A stretch of DNA of 64,000 bases from contig CBDCYI010000009.1 in NCBI GenBank assembly GCA_965224085.1, positions 64,001 to 128,000 on the forward strand. The letters are read 5' to 3'. The notes beneath the pieces were generated by a model. That model was not told where the DNA came from. It saw only the letters and a list, made by a program, of their open reading frames with translations, and ran no database searches. Numbering within the stretch: the stretch's first letter is position 1; each line of letters begins with the position of its first letter. The position numbers and the translations under genes were made by a program. The stretch is from Candidatus Marinacidobacterales bacterium (GTDB lineage: Bacteria > Acidobacteriota > Vicinamibacteria > Marinacidobacterales > SMYC01). This document shows, one piece after another, positions 1 to 10,860 of the stretch.

Positions 1-537
1 GCCGGAATCAATTTCTTCTACAACCGCTACCAGGACTTAGTCGACTTCGATTTCGAGAGCTTCCAGCACATCAATCGATCGAGCGTAGGATCTCGCGGCG
101 TAGAGCTGGCTCTCACGTGGAAGGCCACCGCGAACGTCGATTTCCAGGCGCAGGTTACCTGGAACGAGGTCGAGGACTTGACGACATCGATGACGCTGCT
201 TCACCGGCCTCGGTGGCTGGCTAGCGGTCGCTTGCGGTGGCAGCCGACGAGCGACCTCACTTTGTGGTTCGATGCCCGCGCCGTTTCCGAGACGCTCGAC
301 CGACAACTCCCGGTTCCGGAGCGCGAGCGCGTCGCCGGATACGGTGTCGTCGGCCTTGCCGGATCCTGGCGCTTTGCCGACCGGTGGGAGGTTCGCGGCC
401 GCATCGACAACTTGAGCGACCGTCAGTACGAGTTACTGATCGGCTTTCCGGGTCCGGGATTGTCGGCCAGGGTTGGCTTGCGCTACACGTTTCATCGAAG
501 CACGAAGCTAGAGGAAGCTTCGACGAAGAGCAACTAG
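1..537 (+). CDS. TonB-dependent receptor, C-terminal part (5' partial)
   Basis: Frame open from base 1; beta-barrel pattern ending DNLSDRQYE...GLSARVGLRYTF plus a 14 aa tail. Confidence 0.8.
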   Translation, partial: AGINFFYNRYQDLVDFDFESFQHINRSSVGSRGVELALTWKATANVDFQAQVTWNEVEDLTTSMTLLHRPRWLASGRLRWQPTSDLTLWFDARAVSETLDRQLPVPERERVAGYGVVGLAGSWRFADRWEVRGRIDNLSDRQYELLIGFPGPGLSARVGLRYTFHRSTKLEEASTKSN

Positions 538-627
538 GCTTACCTCCAATACGAGGCGATCAACAGCGGGACGTCGTTTGGCGCGATCGATCTGGACCGT
601 CCGCCTTCCTCGAGCACAAACTGCGCA

Positions 628-2079
628 TTAGCTTTCGAGGTTCGGCACCTGCCATCGTTTGCGGCGAAGCAGCTCACCGCTGCCGGGCTTACCCGTGATC
701 CGACCATTCTCGTACACGATTTCACCGCGACGAATCGTAATTTGGGGCCAGCCGGTCGCTTCCTGGCCAGCGTGGATGGAGAAGCCGGTGTTAGAGAGCA
801 TATCTTCGTCTCGAATCGTTCGCGTCTCGTTCGGATCCCACACAACCAGATCGGCATCGGAGCCGACCGCGATCGTCCCTTTTCGAGGGTAGAGGCCGAA
901 CAGCTTCGCCGGATTCGTTGCGGTCACGGCGACGAACTGTTCTTCCGTGATTCTTCCCGTCCGGACCCCTTCCGAATACAGCATCGGTCGGATCTCCTGC
1001 AGGTTGGGGATGCCGGGCCGGTGGTCGGTTACCGTTTGCGAGGGATTGAGTTTTTGCTCTTTCGTATATGGAACGTGGTCCGTTCCAAGGACGTGGACCG
1101 TTCCAGCAGCGAGTCCCTTCCAGAGCGCATCCTGGTCGTTTTTTGTGCGCAGCGGGGGGTGGTGGATATACATTCCCCGATTCGCTCCCTCGAGTTTGTC
1201 CCGTGTGAGATGGAGGTAGATCCCGAGCGCTTCGACGTAGACCGGCAACCCGCGCGCTTTGGCTTCCTCGGCGACGCGCAACGCCCGTTCCGCCGACAGG
1301 TGCACGATATAGATCGCCGCTCCAGTCGCCTCGGCCATCGCCACCGCGCGGTGTGTGGCGATCACTTCGGCGAGGACGGGTCGGCTGTCGGAAAAGTATT
1401 CGAGCGAGCCATGGCCCTCGGCCGTCAGACGCTCCTGCGTATGCGCGACGATCGCGGCATCTTCACAGTGCACCATCGTCAAGACGCCCGCTTCCGCGGC
1501 CGCGGCCATCGTCTCCAGGTAAGCGTGGCTCTTCTCATCGAATGCCGCACGGCTCATGAAGACCTTGACACTCGTCTGTCCGAGCTCAGGCAACGATGCG
1601 ATCTGCTCCTTCTGTACGTCGGGGTTGTTGATGCCCGGGTGGAGCATGACGTCGGCGATGGCCTGGGCCCGCACCAGCTCAGCCTGGCGCTCGACGGCTT
1701 CTGAGAGACTTTCTTCTGATTGCGGAAACGCAAGGCTGGAAATCGTCGTGATCCCACCGGCGAGCGCTGCCGCGGAGCCGCTGGTGAAATCATCGGCCCG
1801 GTCGATGTGGACGTGAGGGTCGACTCCCCCGGGCAAAACGAGGAGCCCGGCAGCGTCGATCTCCCGAGCGCCACTAGAGTCCGCCAGATTCTGCCCGATT
1901 TCGACGATGACACCGTCGCGAACTCTAATATCGCCTTCGGAGCGTCCGTCAACGGTCACGATGACCCCGTTGCGGATGATCAGCTCGCCTGACTGTTGCG
2001 TTGCGGCGCCAACCAGCGGTGCCACGCACAACAAGATGAGCATCGACAGCAATCGAGGATGATTTGTTTTCGAGTGCAT
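628..2079 (-). CDS. Dihydropyrimidinase/hydantoinase-family amidohydrolase with signal peptide
   Basis: PGGVDPHVH, SVKVFM (carbamylated Lys), VHCED, GTDH, NPAKLFGLYPRKG, DADLVVWDP; hydrophobic N-terminus. Confidence 0.9.
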   Translation of the reverse strand: MHSKTNHPRLLSMLILLCVAPLVGAATQQSGELIIRNGVIVTVDGRSEGDIRVRDGVIVEIGQNLADSSGAREIDAAGLLVLPGGVDPHVHIDRADDFTSGSAAALAGGITTISSLAFPQSEESLSEAVERQAELVRAQAIADVMLHPGINNPDVQKEQIASLPELGQTSVKVFMSRAAFDEKSHAYLETMAAAAEAGVLTMVHCEDAAIVAHTQERLTAEGHGSLEYFSDSRPVLAEVIATHRAVAMAEATGAAIYIVHLSAERALRVAEEAKARGLPVYVEALGIYLHLTRDKLEGANRGMYIHHPPLRTKNDQDALWKGLAAGTVHVLGTDHVPYTKEQKLNPSQTVTDHRPGIPNLQEIRPMLYSEGVRTGRITEEQFVAVTATNPAKLFGLYPRKGTIAVGSDADLVVWDPNETRTIRDEDMLSNTGFSIHAGQEATGWPQITIRRGEIVYENGRITGKPGSGELLRRKRWQVPNLES

Positions 2080-2141
2080 CCTTCTTCTCCTCAGGAACTT
2101 TTTCTCATGAAACTTGCGACGCCCCGGGTAGCGGGCGTTCT

Positions 2142-4361
2142 CTAACTTTCGGGAACGCTCGGCGGCAGATGACGGAGGAAGTAATCGGTCATCAGTGTGA
2201 ACCGATGCAGTTGGGTATTGCCGCCTCGCAGTGAGTGGTCGCGACCGTGATAGAGCATCAGATCGAACTGTTTGTTGGCCGCCTGCAAAGCCTCAACCAC
2301 CTCGACCGTGTTCTGTAACTGCACGTTGTCGTCCGCGATCCCGTGTATCAGTAAAAGGTGACCTTTCAGCTTCGGCGCGTAGGTGACGACCGCCTCCTTG
2401 TCGTAAGCTGCCATGTTCTCCTTCGGCAGGCCCATGTACCGCTCGGCCCAGGAGCTCGAGTAGAAAAGATAATTCGTGACCGGTGCGATCGAGACCCCGA
2501 CCGTGAAGTAGTCCGATCCTTCGGTCAGAGCGAAACACGTGAGGTATCCGCCGGCGCTCCTGCCCCAGATGCCCAAGCCCGATGGGTCCACGTAGGCCAG
2601 GCGGGAGAGGTATTTCGCTCCTTCGATGTGATCGCGCAGCGGCCACGTCCCGAGGTTCTGGTACATGAAGTTCTCGAAAGCTTTCCCCCGCCCGCCGGTG
2701 CCACGATTGTCGATCGTGAACACGATGTAGCCCTTGTGGGTCATGAACTGTTGCCACAGCCCTCGATCGCCTCCCCAACGGTTGACCACCGTCTGAGAGC
2801 TCACGCCACCGTAGGCGTAAACGACGACCGGATATTTCTTTTTCGGGTCGAAACCGGCCGGCTTGATCATGACGGCGTTCAAATCCACCCCGTCGCTCGT
2901 CCGTACCGTCAGGAACTCCGGCTTCACCAGCTCGAAATCTGCCAAACCGTGCATCTCGCCGTTCCTCACCGAGCGCACGAGCGTGCCATCCGATCGATGC
3001 AGACTGATCTGTGGCGGTGTGTTCACGTCGGAGAACGTGTTCACGAAATGCTTGGCATCGGGTGACACGGACGCCGCATGCCACCCCGGCTCGGTGCTCA
3101 ACCGCTGGAGCTTCTGGCCGTCGAGCTTCACGCGGTAGACGTGCTGTTCGACGACGCCGTCCTTCTTGCCGTCGAAGTACAACCAGCCATCCGCCTCATC
3201 GACACCGAGCACCGCGCGACGCGATCGTCCCGCGTTAATCTCCCACTCGCCGCTCGTGATCGGGTTCAACAAGCGGCCGTCGTAGTCGTACAGGTAGGCG
3301 TGTTTATACCCGCTCCGCTGCGACGTCCAGATGAATCGGTCAGAGTTCTCTAGAAACGTCAGATCGTCGTCGATGCGCACCCAGTACGGATCGGTCTCCG
3401 TCAAGACCACCCGGGATGCGCCGGTGGTCACGTCGGCAAAAAGCAGCTCGAGCTTGTTCTGCTGCCGGTTGAGGCGCTCGATGGCTACCTGCGTCGGGTC
3501 GCGCGTCCATTTCAGACGCGGGAAGTAGACGTCCGTGTCCGGGCCGAGCGAAAGCCAAGTCGTCTCGCCCGAGTCGAGGTGAAGGACGCCGACGCGCAGC
3601 TTCCAATTCGTTTCTCCTGCCTTCGGATACTTCTTCCAATGCACCTGGGGATGCGGCGTAAGAAAGTCGATGAGGGGGACAGTGCCCACCGCGCTCTGGT
3701 CCACCCGTACGAACAGGATCCGTTTGCCGTCGGGCGACCAGCGCCAGCCATCCGACCCGAGGCCTTTGTTCACGCCGTTCAGGATGTCATCGCTGCCGTC
3801 GAAGGTGAGCTGGGTCTCAGTGCCGGACGCCCGGTCGACTATGTAGAGGTTGCCGCCTCGAACGAATCCGATCTTGGCGGCGTCGGGCGCGAGCTTGGCG
3901 TATTGCTGGCCGCCAGCAATTCCGGACAAGGGTCTGAACGTGCGCGTCGCGGTGTCATAGAGGTAATAGCTCCGGTCGGGGGGCGGGGAGCCGCGAAAGT
4001 CGACTTGGCTCCGCGGCCCGGCAATCACGAAAAACCGGCCATCCTCGCTCGCCTGATAGTCCGTGAACGCGATGGGTGCACCGCCCGAGCCGAGCACCAG
4101 GGACTTGCCATCGACCACGACGGCGCGCTCGCCGTCGTCGACGTTCTCCCGATAGATGTTGTTGGTTTTGCCATCCGGATGGGCGTCCACGTAGAGGAAC
4201 GCAGATCCGTCAGCTTCCCACTGTAGGCTCTGCAGGGACACACCGTCCCAGTTAGCGTCTGGTGCGAAGATGTCTTCGAGCGTCAGCGTGCGCTTCGGCG
4301 CGGCGGACGCGAGAGCGGGAAGTGCCAGGAGGCACAGGACGGATACGAGTCGTCTAGTCAT
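2142..4361 (-). CDS. Secreted S9B dipeptidyl peptidase IV-like peptidase
   Basis: Signal peptide, DPPIV propeller, GRSAGG nucleophile elbow, HGIADDNV, RDH. Confidence 0.92.
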   Translation of the reverse strand: MTRRLVSVLCLLALPALASAAPKRTLTLEDIFAPDANWDGVSLQSLQWEADGSAFLYVDAHPDGKTNNIYRENVDDGERAVVVDGKSLVLGSGGAPIAFTDYQASEDGRFFVIAGPRSQVDFRGSPPPDRSYYLYDTATRTFRPLSGIAGGQQYAKLAPDAAKIGFVRGGNLYIVDRASGTETQLTFDGSDDILNGVNKGLGSDGWRWSPDGKRILFVRVDQSAVGTVPLIDFLTPHPQVHWKKYPKAGETNWKLRVGVLHLDSGETTWLSLGPDTDVYFPRLKWTRDPTQVAIERLNRQQNKLELLFADVTTGASRVVLTETDPYWVRIDDDLTFLENSDRFIWTSQRSGYKHAYLYDYDGRLLNPITSGEWEINAGRSRRAVLGVDEADGWLYFDGKKDGVVEQHVYRVKLDGQKLQRLSTEPGWHAASVSPDAKHFVNTFSDVNTPPQISLHRSDGTLVRSVRNGEMHGLADFELVKPEFLTVRTSDGVDLNAVMIKPAGFDPKKKYPVVVYAYGGVSSQTVVNRWGGDRGLWQQFMTHKGYIVFTIDNRGTGGRGKAFENFMYQNLGTWPLRDHIEGAKYLSRLAYVDPSGLGIWGRSAGGYLTCFALTEGSDYFTVGVSIAPVTNYLFYSSSWAERYMGLPKENMAAYDKEAVVTYAPKLKGHLLLIHGIADDNVQLQNTVEVVEALQAANKQFDLMLYHGRDHSLRGGNTQLHRFTLMTDYFLRHLPPSVPES

Positions 4362-4446
4362 GGGCGAATCCTTCGCTGCGGTGTAAACGCTCCATCGGCA
4401 CGAGTGCTGTTACATAACATAAGTATTTGCCAAAAACTACCTAACT

Positions 4447-4535
4447 TTAGCGACACGCTCTAAGGAGACAGCGCACCTTGGCGACGAACTCATCGGTCGA
4501 GGATCACGTCGATACGTTTCAAGACTTCTTCCAAA
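4447..4535 (-). repeat. Diverged copy of 51452-51540 (mazF 3' end stub plus downstream DNA)
   Basis: About 90 bp align by eye; encodes EEVLKRIDVILDR* versus KEVLERIDVVLDR*. Confidence 0.7.
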
Positions 4536-4730
4536 CCCCAGCTGAAAGATTTGCCCGGACTGGAAGGAGCAGGACCAGCTCTCGACGCCGAGGAGCTCGA
4601 GCACCTGCGCAGACTGGCGAAACGTGCGTCAGGCTCGCCGGGCCACAGAATGAGCTTGACCCGATCGCGGAAGAATGCGATGCTATGTATGGCTGATACC
4701 ATGGAAAATCAGGTTATTTCGAGCTGAAAG

Positions 4731-7178
4731 ATGAAGCCATTCACTTTTGCGTTCCTGGGTGCGGCGCTTTTTTGTCTGGGACTGGCTCCTGACGGATCCG
4801 CCCGAGCAGTAGAGCCAGCCGTGGCCGGCGGGCAGGCGGCGGGGACGTTCTCACCCGAATCGCCGAATACGGTGATCCGTGAGTACTGCCTTGTCTGCCA
4901 CAGCGACACATTGATGACGGGAGGTCTAACTCTCGAGTCGTTTGACGTGGCGCACGCTGACCAGAACGCCGAAGTCGCGGAGAAGGTAATACGCAAACTG
5001 CAGGCGGGCATGATGCCTCCTAATTACGCGCCACAGCCGGAACCCGGGACCCGAGAGGCCCTCGCTCGGTCGCTGGCGGCGCTGATCGACGAGGCGGCCG
5101 ACGCCAGCCCGAATCCCGGCAGCCGGACCTTCCAGCGTCTCACTCGCATCGAGTATGCCCGCTCGATCCGTGACCTGCTCGCGGTCGAGGTGGACGTCGC
5201 GGCGTTTCTGCCGCCCGACACGGTGAGCGACAGTTTCGACAACATTGCCGATGTCCAGACCATGTCTGCGACTCTGATGGAAGGATATATGCGCGCGGCC
5301 CGTAGCATCAGCCGGCTGGCCGTGGGCGATCCGGAAGCGGGCCCGGTTGAGACGACCTACACCGTCCCGCGGACGGCCTCGCAAATGGAGCACGTCCAAG
5401 GTGCGCCGATGGGGACGCGCGGCGGGCTCTCCGTCGTCCACAACTTCTCGGCAGATGGCCAGTACGTCTTCAAAATACAGCTCCATGGAACACCAGAGGG
5501 CGTGCTCTTCGGGTTGACGGCGGGCAACACCGAGCAGATCGAGGTCTCGATTAACGGAGAGCGGGTGTTTCTTTTGGACATCGATCCTTTGATGTCGGAG
5601 ACGGACGCCGACGGCTTGATCCTGCAAACCGATCCCATCACCGTGAAGACAGGACCGCAGCTGGTCTCCGCCAACTTCATTCAAAGATTCGAGGGACCGG
5701 GCGACGATCTGATCGCTCCGATCGAGCACACCCTTGCCGACGGTACGATCGGTAGGGCGTTTGGTATTACGTCCCTGCCCCACCTGGCGTTTCTCAGCGT
5801 CAACGGCCCATACGACTTGACCGGGGTGTCGGATACGCCAAGCCGCCGCCAGATTTTCACTTGCCGGCCGACTTCCGCCGCCGACGAGCGGCTTTGCGCC
5901 ACTGAGATCGTTTCTAGACTGGCGAGCCAAGCGTTCCGGGGACGGGTGAACGAGCTGGACCTCGAAGGCTTGATGTCGTTCTACCAGGCTGGTGTAAAGG
6001 AAGGAGACTTCGAGACTGGAATCAGGATGGCATTGCAGGCGATTCTGGCAAGCCCACGCTTCGTGTTCCGAATCGAGCAGAGGCCGGACGTTGCGGATCC
6101 CGGCGGGATCTATCGCGTCAGCGACCTGGAGCTGGCGTCCCGGCTGTCCTATTTCCTGTGGGCCAGCGCTCCGGACGCGGAGCTTACCGCGCTCGCCCGT
6201 CAGGAAACCCTGCGAGATCCCGCGGCGCTCGAGAGCCAGGTGCGGCGCATGCTCGCCGATCCGCGCTCGGAAGCACTGGCCACCAGATTCGCTTCGCAGT
6301 GGCTACGTTTGCACGACCTCGAAGGGTTGCACCCGGATGCGTTGCTGTATCCGCAGTACGACCACAAGCTCGCCGCGGCCTTGCGTCGCGAGACGGAGTT
6401 GTTCTTCGGCAACCTCATTCGAGAGGATCGGAGCGTCCTCGAGCTTTTGACCGCCGACTACACGTTCGTTAACGAGCGCATCGCCAGGCACTACCGGATT
6501 CCGAACGTCACCGGACATCGATTCCGCCGCGTTACGCTCGAAGGCGACAATCGGAGAGGCCTACTGGGCCACGGAAGCATATTGACACTGACGTCCGTCG
6601 CCAACCGGACCTCTCCGGTGCAGCGCGGCAAGTGGGTGCTGGAAGTCCTTCTCGGAAGTCCCCCGCCGCCTCCGCCGCCCAACGTGCCGGAGCTCGATGA
6701 TACCAGCGCCGCTGCGGCCGGCAAGCTGCTCTCGGTGCGGGAGCGGATGGAGGAGCATCGCTCGAATCCCGCGTGTCAATCCTGCCACGACGTGATCGAC
6801 CCGATCGGCTTGGCGCTCGAGAACTTCGACGTGACCGGCGCGTGGCGCATCAAGGACAATGGGGTTGCCATAGAGGCTACTGGCCAGCTCTATGATGGAA
6901 CGCAGATCGACGGTCCAACGGGACTGCGGCAGGCGCTCGTGAGCCGTTCCGACACTTTCATCACGAGCTTTACCGAAAGCCTGATGACCTATGCCCTGGG
7001 GCGGAGGGTCGAGTACTACGACATGCCCGCGCTGCGCGCGATCGCCGCGGAGGCCGCGCACAACGGCAATCGCATGTCCTCTTTCATTCTTGGTGTCGTC
7101 GAAAGCTCGGCATTTCAAACGCGGAAGTCGGAATCCACACAAGAGACCACGGAGGTGGCAGCACCGAGTCTCCCTTGA
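4731..7178 (+). CDS. DUF1592/DUF1588/DUF1587 (PSCyt/PSD) c-type cytochrome protein
   Basis: Signal peptide, CLVCH and CQSCH heme motifs, [27 protein letters not shown]. Confidence 0.92.
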   Translation: MKPFTFAFLGAALFCLGLAPDGSARAVEPAVAGGQAAGTFSPESPNTVIREYCLVCHSDTLMTGGLTLESFDVAHADQNAEVAEKVIRKLQAGMMPPNYAPQPEPGTREALARSLAALIDEAADASPNPGSRTFQRLTRIEYARSIRDLLAVEVDVAAFLPPDTVSDSFDNIADVQTMSATLMEGYMRAARSISRLAVGDPEAGPVETTYTVPRTASQMEHVQGAPMGTRGGLSVVHNFSADGQYVFKIQLHGTPEGVLFGLTAGNTEQIEVSINGERVFLLDIDPLMSETDADGLILQTDPITVKTGPQLVSANFIQRFEGPGDDLIAPIEHTLADGTIGRAFGITSLPHLAFLSVNGPYDLTGVSDTPSRRQIFTCRPTSAADERLCATEIVSRLASQAFRGRVNELDLEGLMSFYQAGVKEGDFETGIRMALQAILASPRFVFRIEQRPDVADPGGIYRVSDLELASRLSYFLWASAPDAELTALARQETLRDPAALESQVRRMLADPRSEALATRFASQWLRLHDLEGLHPDALLYPQYDHKLAAALRRETELFFGNLIREDRSVLELLTADYTFVNERIARHYRIPNVTGHRFRRVTLEGDNRRGLLGHGSILTLTSVANRTSPVQRGKWVLEVLLGSPPPPPPPNVPELDDTSAAAAGKLLSVRERMEEHRSNPACQSCHDVIDPIGLALENFDVTGAWRIKDNGVAIEATGQLYDGTQIDGPTGLRQALVSRSDTFITSFTESLMTYALGRRVEYYDMPALRAIAAEAAHNGNRMSSFILGVVESSAFQTRKSESTQETTEVAAPSLP

Positions 7179-7208
7179 TTGCGAGCCGTCTCCAGAGGAT
7201 ACGAAACG

Positions 7209-8582
7209 ATGCACGTCACGAACAAACATCTCTCTCGTCGCACCATGCTCCGAGGCATGGGTACGGCGGTGGCCCTGCCGTTTCTCGAAGCCATGGTGCC
7301 GGCCCGGAGTGCTTTTGGCAAGCCGACCGGTGAGCCGGCTCGCTTGGTGTGCATTGAAATGGTCCATGGTGCGGCGGGCAGCACCAATTACGGGATCGCA
7401 AAAAACCTGTGGGCGCCGGCGGCCGAAGGCAGTGAGTTCGACCTCACGCCGAGCAGCTTGAGCCCGCTCGAGCCGTTTCGGGAATACGTGACAATCGTCA
7501 GTAACACCGACGTACGCAATGCCGAGGCGTTCGCGCTGCCCGAGATCGGCGGGGACCATTTCCGATCGAGCGCGGTGTTCCTGACCCAATCCCATCCGAA
7601 GCAGACGGAAGGCTCGGACGTCCACGTGGGGACGTCGATGGATCAGCTCTACGCCGAGCGGTTCGGTCAGGACACGCCCATTCCGTCCATGCAGCTCGCG
7701 ATCGAGAACGTGAACCAGGCTGGGGGATGCCAGTACGGTTATTCCTGTACCTACACGGACGCGATCAGCTGGGCATCGCCAACCGATCCGCTCCCGATGA
7801 TTCGGAACCCCCGGGTCGTTTTCGACCAGATGTTCGGCTCCGGCGGAACGCCGGAAGAGCGGGCTGCCACGCGCCGAACCGACCGCAGCATTCTCGATTG
7901 GGTCGCGAATCAGGTGGCTAGTTTCAAAACGAGCTTGGAGCCGGCCGACCGCAATCGGCTTGACGATTATCTCGAGAACATTCGCGAGATCGAGCGACGG
8001 ATCCAGAGGATCGAGGCACAAAACGCGAGCGGGGAGGAAAGAGAGTTGCCGGGTGCGCCCATCGGCGTGCCGGACTCGTTCGACGAGCACGTCAAGTTGA
8101 TGTTCGACCTACAGGCGGCGGCGTTCGCTTCGGACCTCACTCGGGTAATCTCGTTCAAGATGGGGCGTGACGTTTCGGGCCGCGTCTTCCCGGAGACTGG
8201 CGTCAACACGGGCTTCCACCCGGCCTCGCATCACGGCGAGCGAGAGGAGCGGATCGAAGACTTCGCGAAGATCAACAAGTACCACGTCAGCACCATCCCC
8301 TACTTTCTCGAGAAGTTGCGCGACACCCTCGAGGGCGACGCGAATCTCTTGGAAAAGACGCTGATCCTTTACGGCTCCCCAATGGGCAACCCGCACGTTC
8401 ACAATCACAAGCGCTGTCCGCTCTTTTTGGCCGGCCACGGAAATGGCCAGTTCAAGGGGAACCTCCATGTCAAAGCCGCGGACGGAACGCCGATGGCGAA
8501 CACGCTTTTGACCGTGCTGCGCCGACTCGGACTCGACGAGCTCGAGAGCTTTGGCGACAGCACCGGGGAGATGGCCATCTGA
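7209..8582 (+). CDS. DUF1552 protein (Tat substrate)
   Basis: SRRTMLRG..ALPFLEAM twin-arginine motif, HPASHH motif. Confidence 0.92.
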   Translation: MHVTNKHLSRRTMLRGMGTAVALPFLEAMVPARSAFGKPTGEPARLVCIEMVHGAAGSTNYGIAKNLWAPAAEGSEFDLTPSSLSPLEPFREYVTIVSNTDVRNAEAFALPEIGGDHFRSSAVFLTQSHPKQTEGSDVHVGTSMDQLYAERFGQDTPIPSMQLAIENVNQAGGCQYGYSCTYTDAISWASPTDPLPMIRNPRVVFDQMFGSGGTPEERAATRRTDRSILDWVANQVASFKTSLEPADRNRLDDYLENIREIERRIQRIEAQNASGEERELPGAPIGVPDSFDEHVKLMFDLQAAAFASDLTRVISFKMGRDVSGRVFPETGVNTGFHPASHHGEREERIEDFAKINKYHVSTIPYFLEKLRDTLEGDANLLEKTLILYGSPMGNPHVHNHKRCPLFLAGHGNGQFKGNLHVKAADGTPMANTLLTVLRRLGLDELESFGDSTGEMAI

Positions 8583-10420
8583 TGGACCTGTCGACGGAGC
8601 GCCGCATGTCGGGAAGAGGAAACAGCACCTCGAGCGTACATTGTGCTGCAAGCGCGGTCGTTGCATTCGTGACGGCGATGTTTGCGGCCGCGCCTCTTCA
8701 CGCCCAAGGTGCCTCAGGTCGCACGGACGCCCCGATCGCCTCTGCGGCCATGCGGAGCGAGCGAGATACAGTACGAACACTTCTGAAGCAAGGCGTCGAT
8801 GTGAACGCGGCACAAGGTGACGGCATGACGCCGCTTCACTGGGCTGCCATGAACGAAGATGTGAAAATGGCCGAAATGCTGCTTTATGCCGGAGCCAACG
8901 TCAAAGCCATGACGCGTCTTGGTGCCTATACCCCGCTACTATTGGCTAGCAAAACCGGCAACGCCGTGATCGTCGAGATGCTCTTGAGGGCGTCGGCCGA
9001 CGCTAACGCCACCACGACCGTTGGAACGACCCCTCTCATGTTGGCGGCCGTTTCGGGAAGCCCGGATGCCGTCGAGGTCCTCCTGGAGCACGACGTGGAC
9101 GTGAATGCGACGGAGGTGAAGGGACGCACGGCTTTGATGTTCGCGGCGGTCAACGATCGGTCTTCGGTGATCGACGCTCTGATGAAGCACGGTGCGGACG
9201 CCACCCTGACATCGAATGTGGTGAACGTGGCGGCACTGGAAACCGCGCACGAAGCGGCTCGTCGGGAACGTGTGGAGGCGCGCGAGACCGCGGCCGGGGC
9301 GACGAAAGACCAAGGGGTAGCGCGAAACGAGGGAGACAAAGGCGGCTCAAGTACCGTTTCCAAGCTTTTTGGATGGCTCCCGGGTGTGGGTAAGAAAAAA
9401 GAAGAGAAAGTCCGTCCGGCCCGGGTGTTCTATCGGGAAACGTTTGGTGGGCTCGTCGGCAACTATGGCGGTATGACCGCCCTTCTTCTCGCAGCGCGTC
9501 AAGGCCACCGAAAGGCCGTGGAATCCATTCTCGATGCGGGCGTGGATGTCGACGAAGTGAGCGCCGGGGACCAAACGAGCTCGCTGCTCATCGCCACCAT
9601 TAATGGGCACTTCGACGTGACCGAGTTGCTGCTCGATCGCGGTGCGGACCCGAACCTTGCCAGTGAGATCAACGGGGCCACACCCCTTTACGGCGCCGTG
9701 AACGTGCACTGGGCTCCCAAATCGTTTTATCCGCAACCGAGGGCCCATTTGCAGCAGCAGTTGTCGCACTTGGATCTGATGCAGGCGCTCCTTTCAGCAG
9801 GAGCGGACCCGAACGTGCGTCTGACGAAAAAAGTGTGGTATTCGGGATACAACCGCGACAAGTCGAGTCTGAACGAGCAAGGCGCGACGCCGTTTTGGCG
9901 GGCCGCCTATGCGGCCGATGTCGACGCCATGAAACTCTTAGTGGCCTACGGCGCCGATCCGGATATCCCGACCACGACGCCGAAGCCGCGGCGCCCAACC
10001 GAGGAGAAGGACGATCCCTCCGGGCTGCCCCCGGCTCGGATCGGCGGGCCGTCGATCACACCGCTGCAGGCGGCCGCGGGCGTCGGCTACGGCAAGGGCT
10101 TCTCGGCGAACTCCCACCGCTTCGCGGCCGGAGGTCAACTCCTGGCGGTCCAATACCTCGTCGAAGAGCATGGCGCTGACGTGAACGCCGCGGACCACGA
10201 GGGTAACAGGCCGCTCCACCACGCCGCGGCCAGGGGAGACAATGAGATGATCCTCTACCTCGTGTCGAAGGGTGCCGATGTGACCGTCGTGAACCGGAGA
10301 GGGCAGACCACCGCGGACATGGCGAACGGCCCGGCGCAACGCATTCAACCATTCCCCGAGACGGTGGCCCTGTTGATGAAGCTGGGCTCGAAGAACTCGA
10401 ACAAGTGCGTGTCGTGCTGA
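8582..10420 (+). CDS. Secreted ankyrin repeat protein
   Basis: Many GxTPL/ALxxAA..GADVN repeats; C-terminal KCVSC; start overlaps the DUF1552 stop. Confidence 0.9.
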   Translation: MDLSTERRMSGRGNSTSSVHCAASAVVAFVTAMFAAAPLHAQGASGRTDAPIASAAMRSERDTVRTLLKQGVDVNAAQGDGMTPLHWAAMNEDVKMAEMLLYAGANVKAMTRLGAYTPLLLASKTGNAVIVEMLLRASADANATTTVGTTPLMLAAVSGSPDAVEVLLEHDVDVNATEVKGRTALMFAAVNDRSSVIDALMKHGADATLTSNVVNVAALETAHEAARRERVEARETAAGATKDQGVARNEGDKGGSSTVSKLFGWLPGVGKKKEEKVRPARVFYRETFGGLVGNYGGMTALLLAARQGHRKAVESILDAGVDVDEVSAGDQTSSLLIATINGHFDVTELLLDRGADPNLASEINGATPLYGAVNVHWAPKSFYPQPRAHLQQQLSHLDLMQALLSAGADPNVRLTKKVWYSGYNRDKSSLNEQGATPFWRAAYAADVDAMKLLVAYGADPDIPTTTPKPRRPTEEKDDPSGLPPARIGGPSITPLQAAAGVGYGKGFSANSHRFAAGGQLLAVQYLVEEHGADVNAADHEGNRPLHHAAARGDNEMILYLVSKGADVTVVNRRGQTTADMANGPAQRIQPFPETVALLMKLGSKNSNKCVSC

Positions 10421-10460
10421 GGCCTGTTGGAAACCGGCCCCGCCCGTTTTCGTCTCTCCT

Positions 10461-10582
10461 GCCGATGACGTCACTTGGAACTGGTCGCCGCGAATCGTAA
10501 CGGCTGCCCAAAAAGCCTTCCATGATCCGCGCCCGGCCTCGGCCGAAACTTCTGAGCCCTTCCGTTGTTCACTTCGGCCACA
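10461..10582 (-). pseudogene. 3' stub of an NHL-repeat gene paralog (near-identical to 12313-12434)
   Basis: About 120 bp repeat with about 6 substitutions; VAEVNNGRAQKFRPRPG...RFAATSSK*. Confidence 0.85.
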
Positions 10583-10860
10583 CCGCGGCGCCGAGGCGGA
10601 AGACGAGCCCGCCGCGCTCACCGTTGATGCCCGCGAGGCCAAGCTCCTCGGCGAGCATTCCTGGAGCCGTGAATATTCGAAAAACTGGAAAATACGTTCC
10701 CACGACCGCGACGACGAACCTGCGAAAACATGCCCCGACGAAAACTAGCTGGACAGAGTTGCTCGGGATCGCAACGGACTCTCCTCGCGCCTATAGAGTC
10801 ACGTATAATTCTTCCTCTTTACTGGAGTATCGTCATCTGACATTCACAGGAGGCAGCTTG

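Noticed and set aside
10522-10860. N-terminal extension of the SnoaL ORF
   Set aside because: Runs through stub DNA; the RBS and lipoprotein signal support a start at 10861 or 10873
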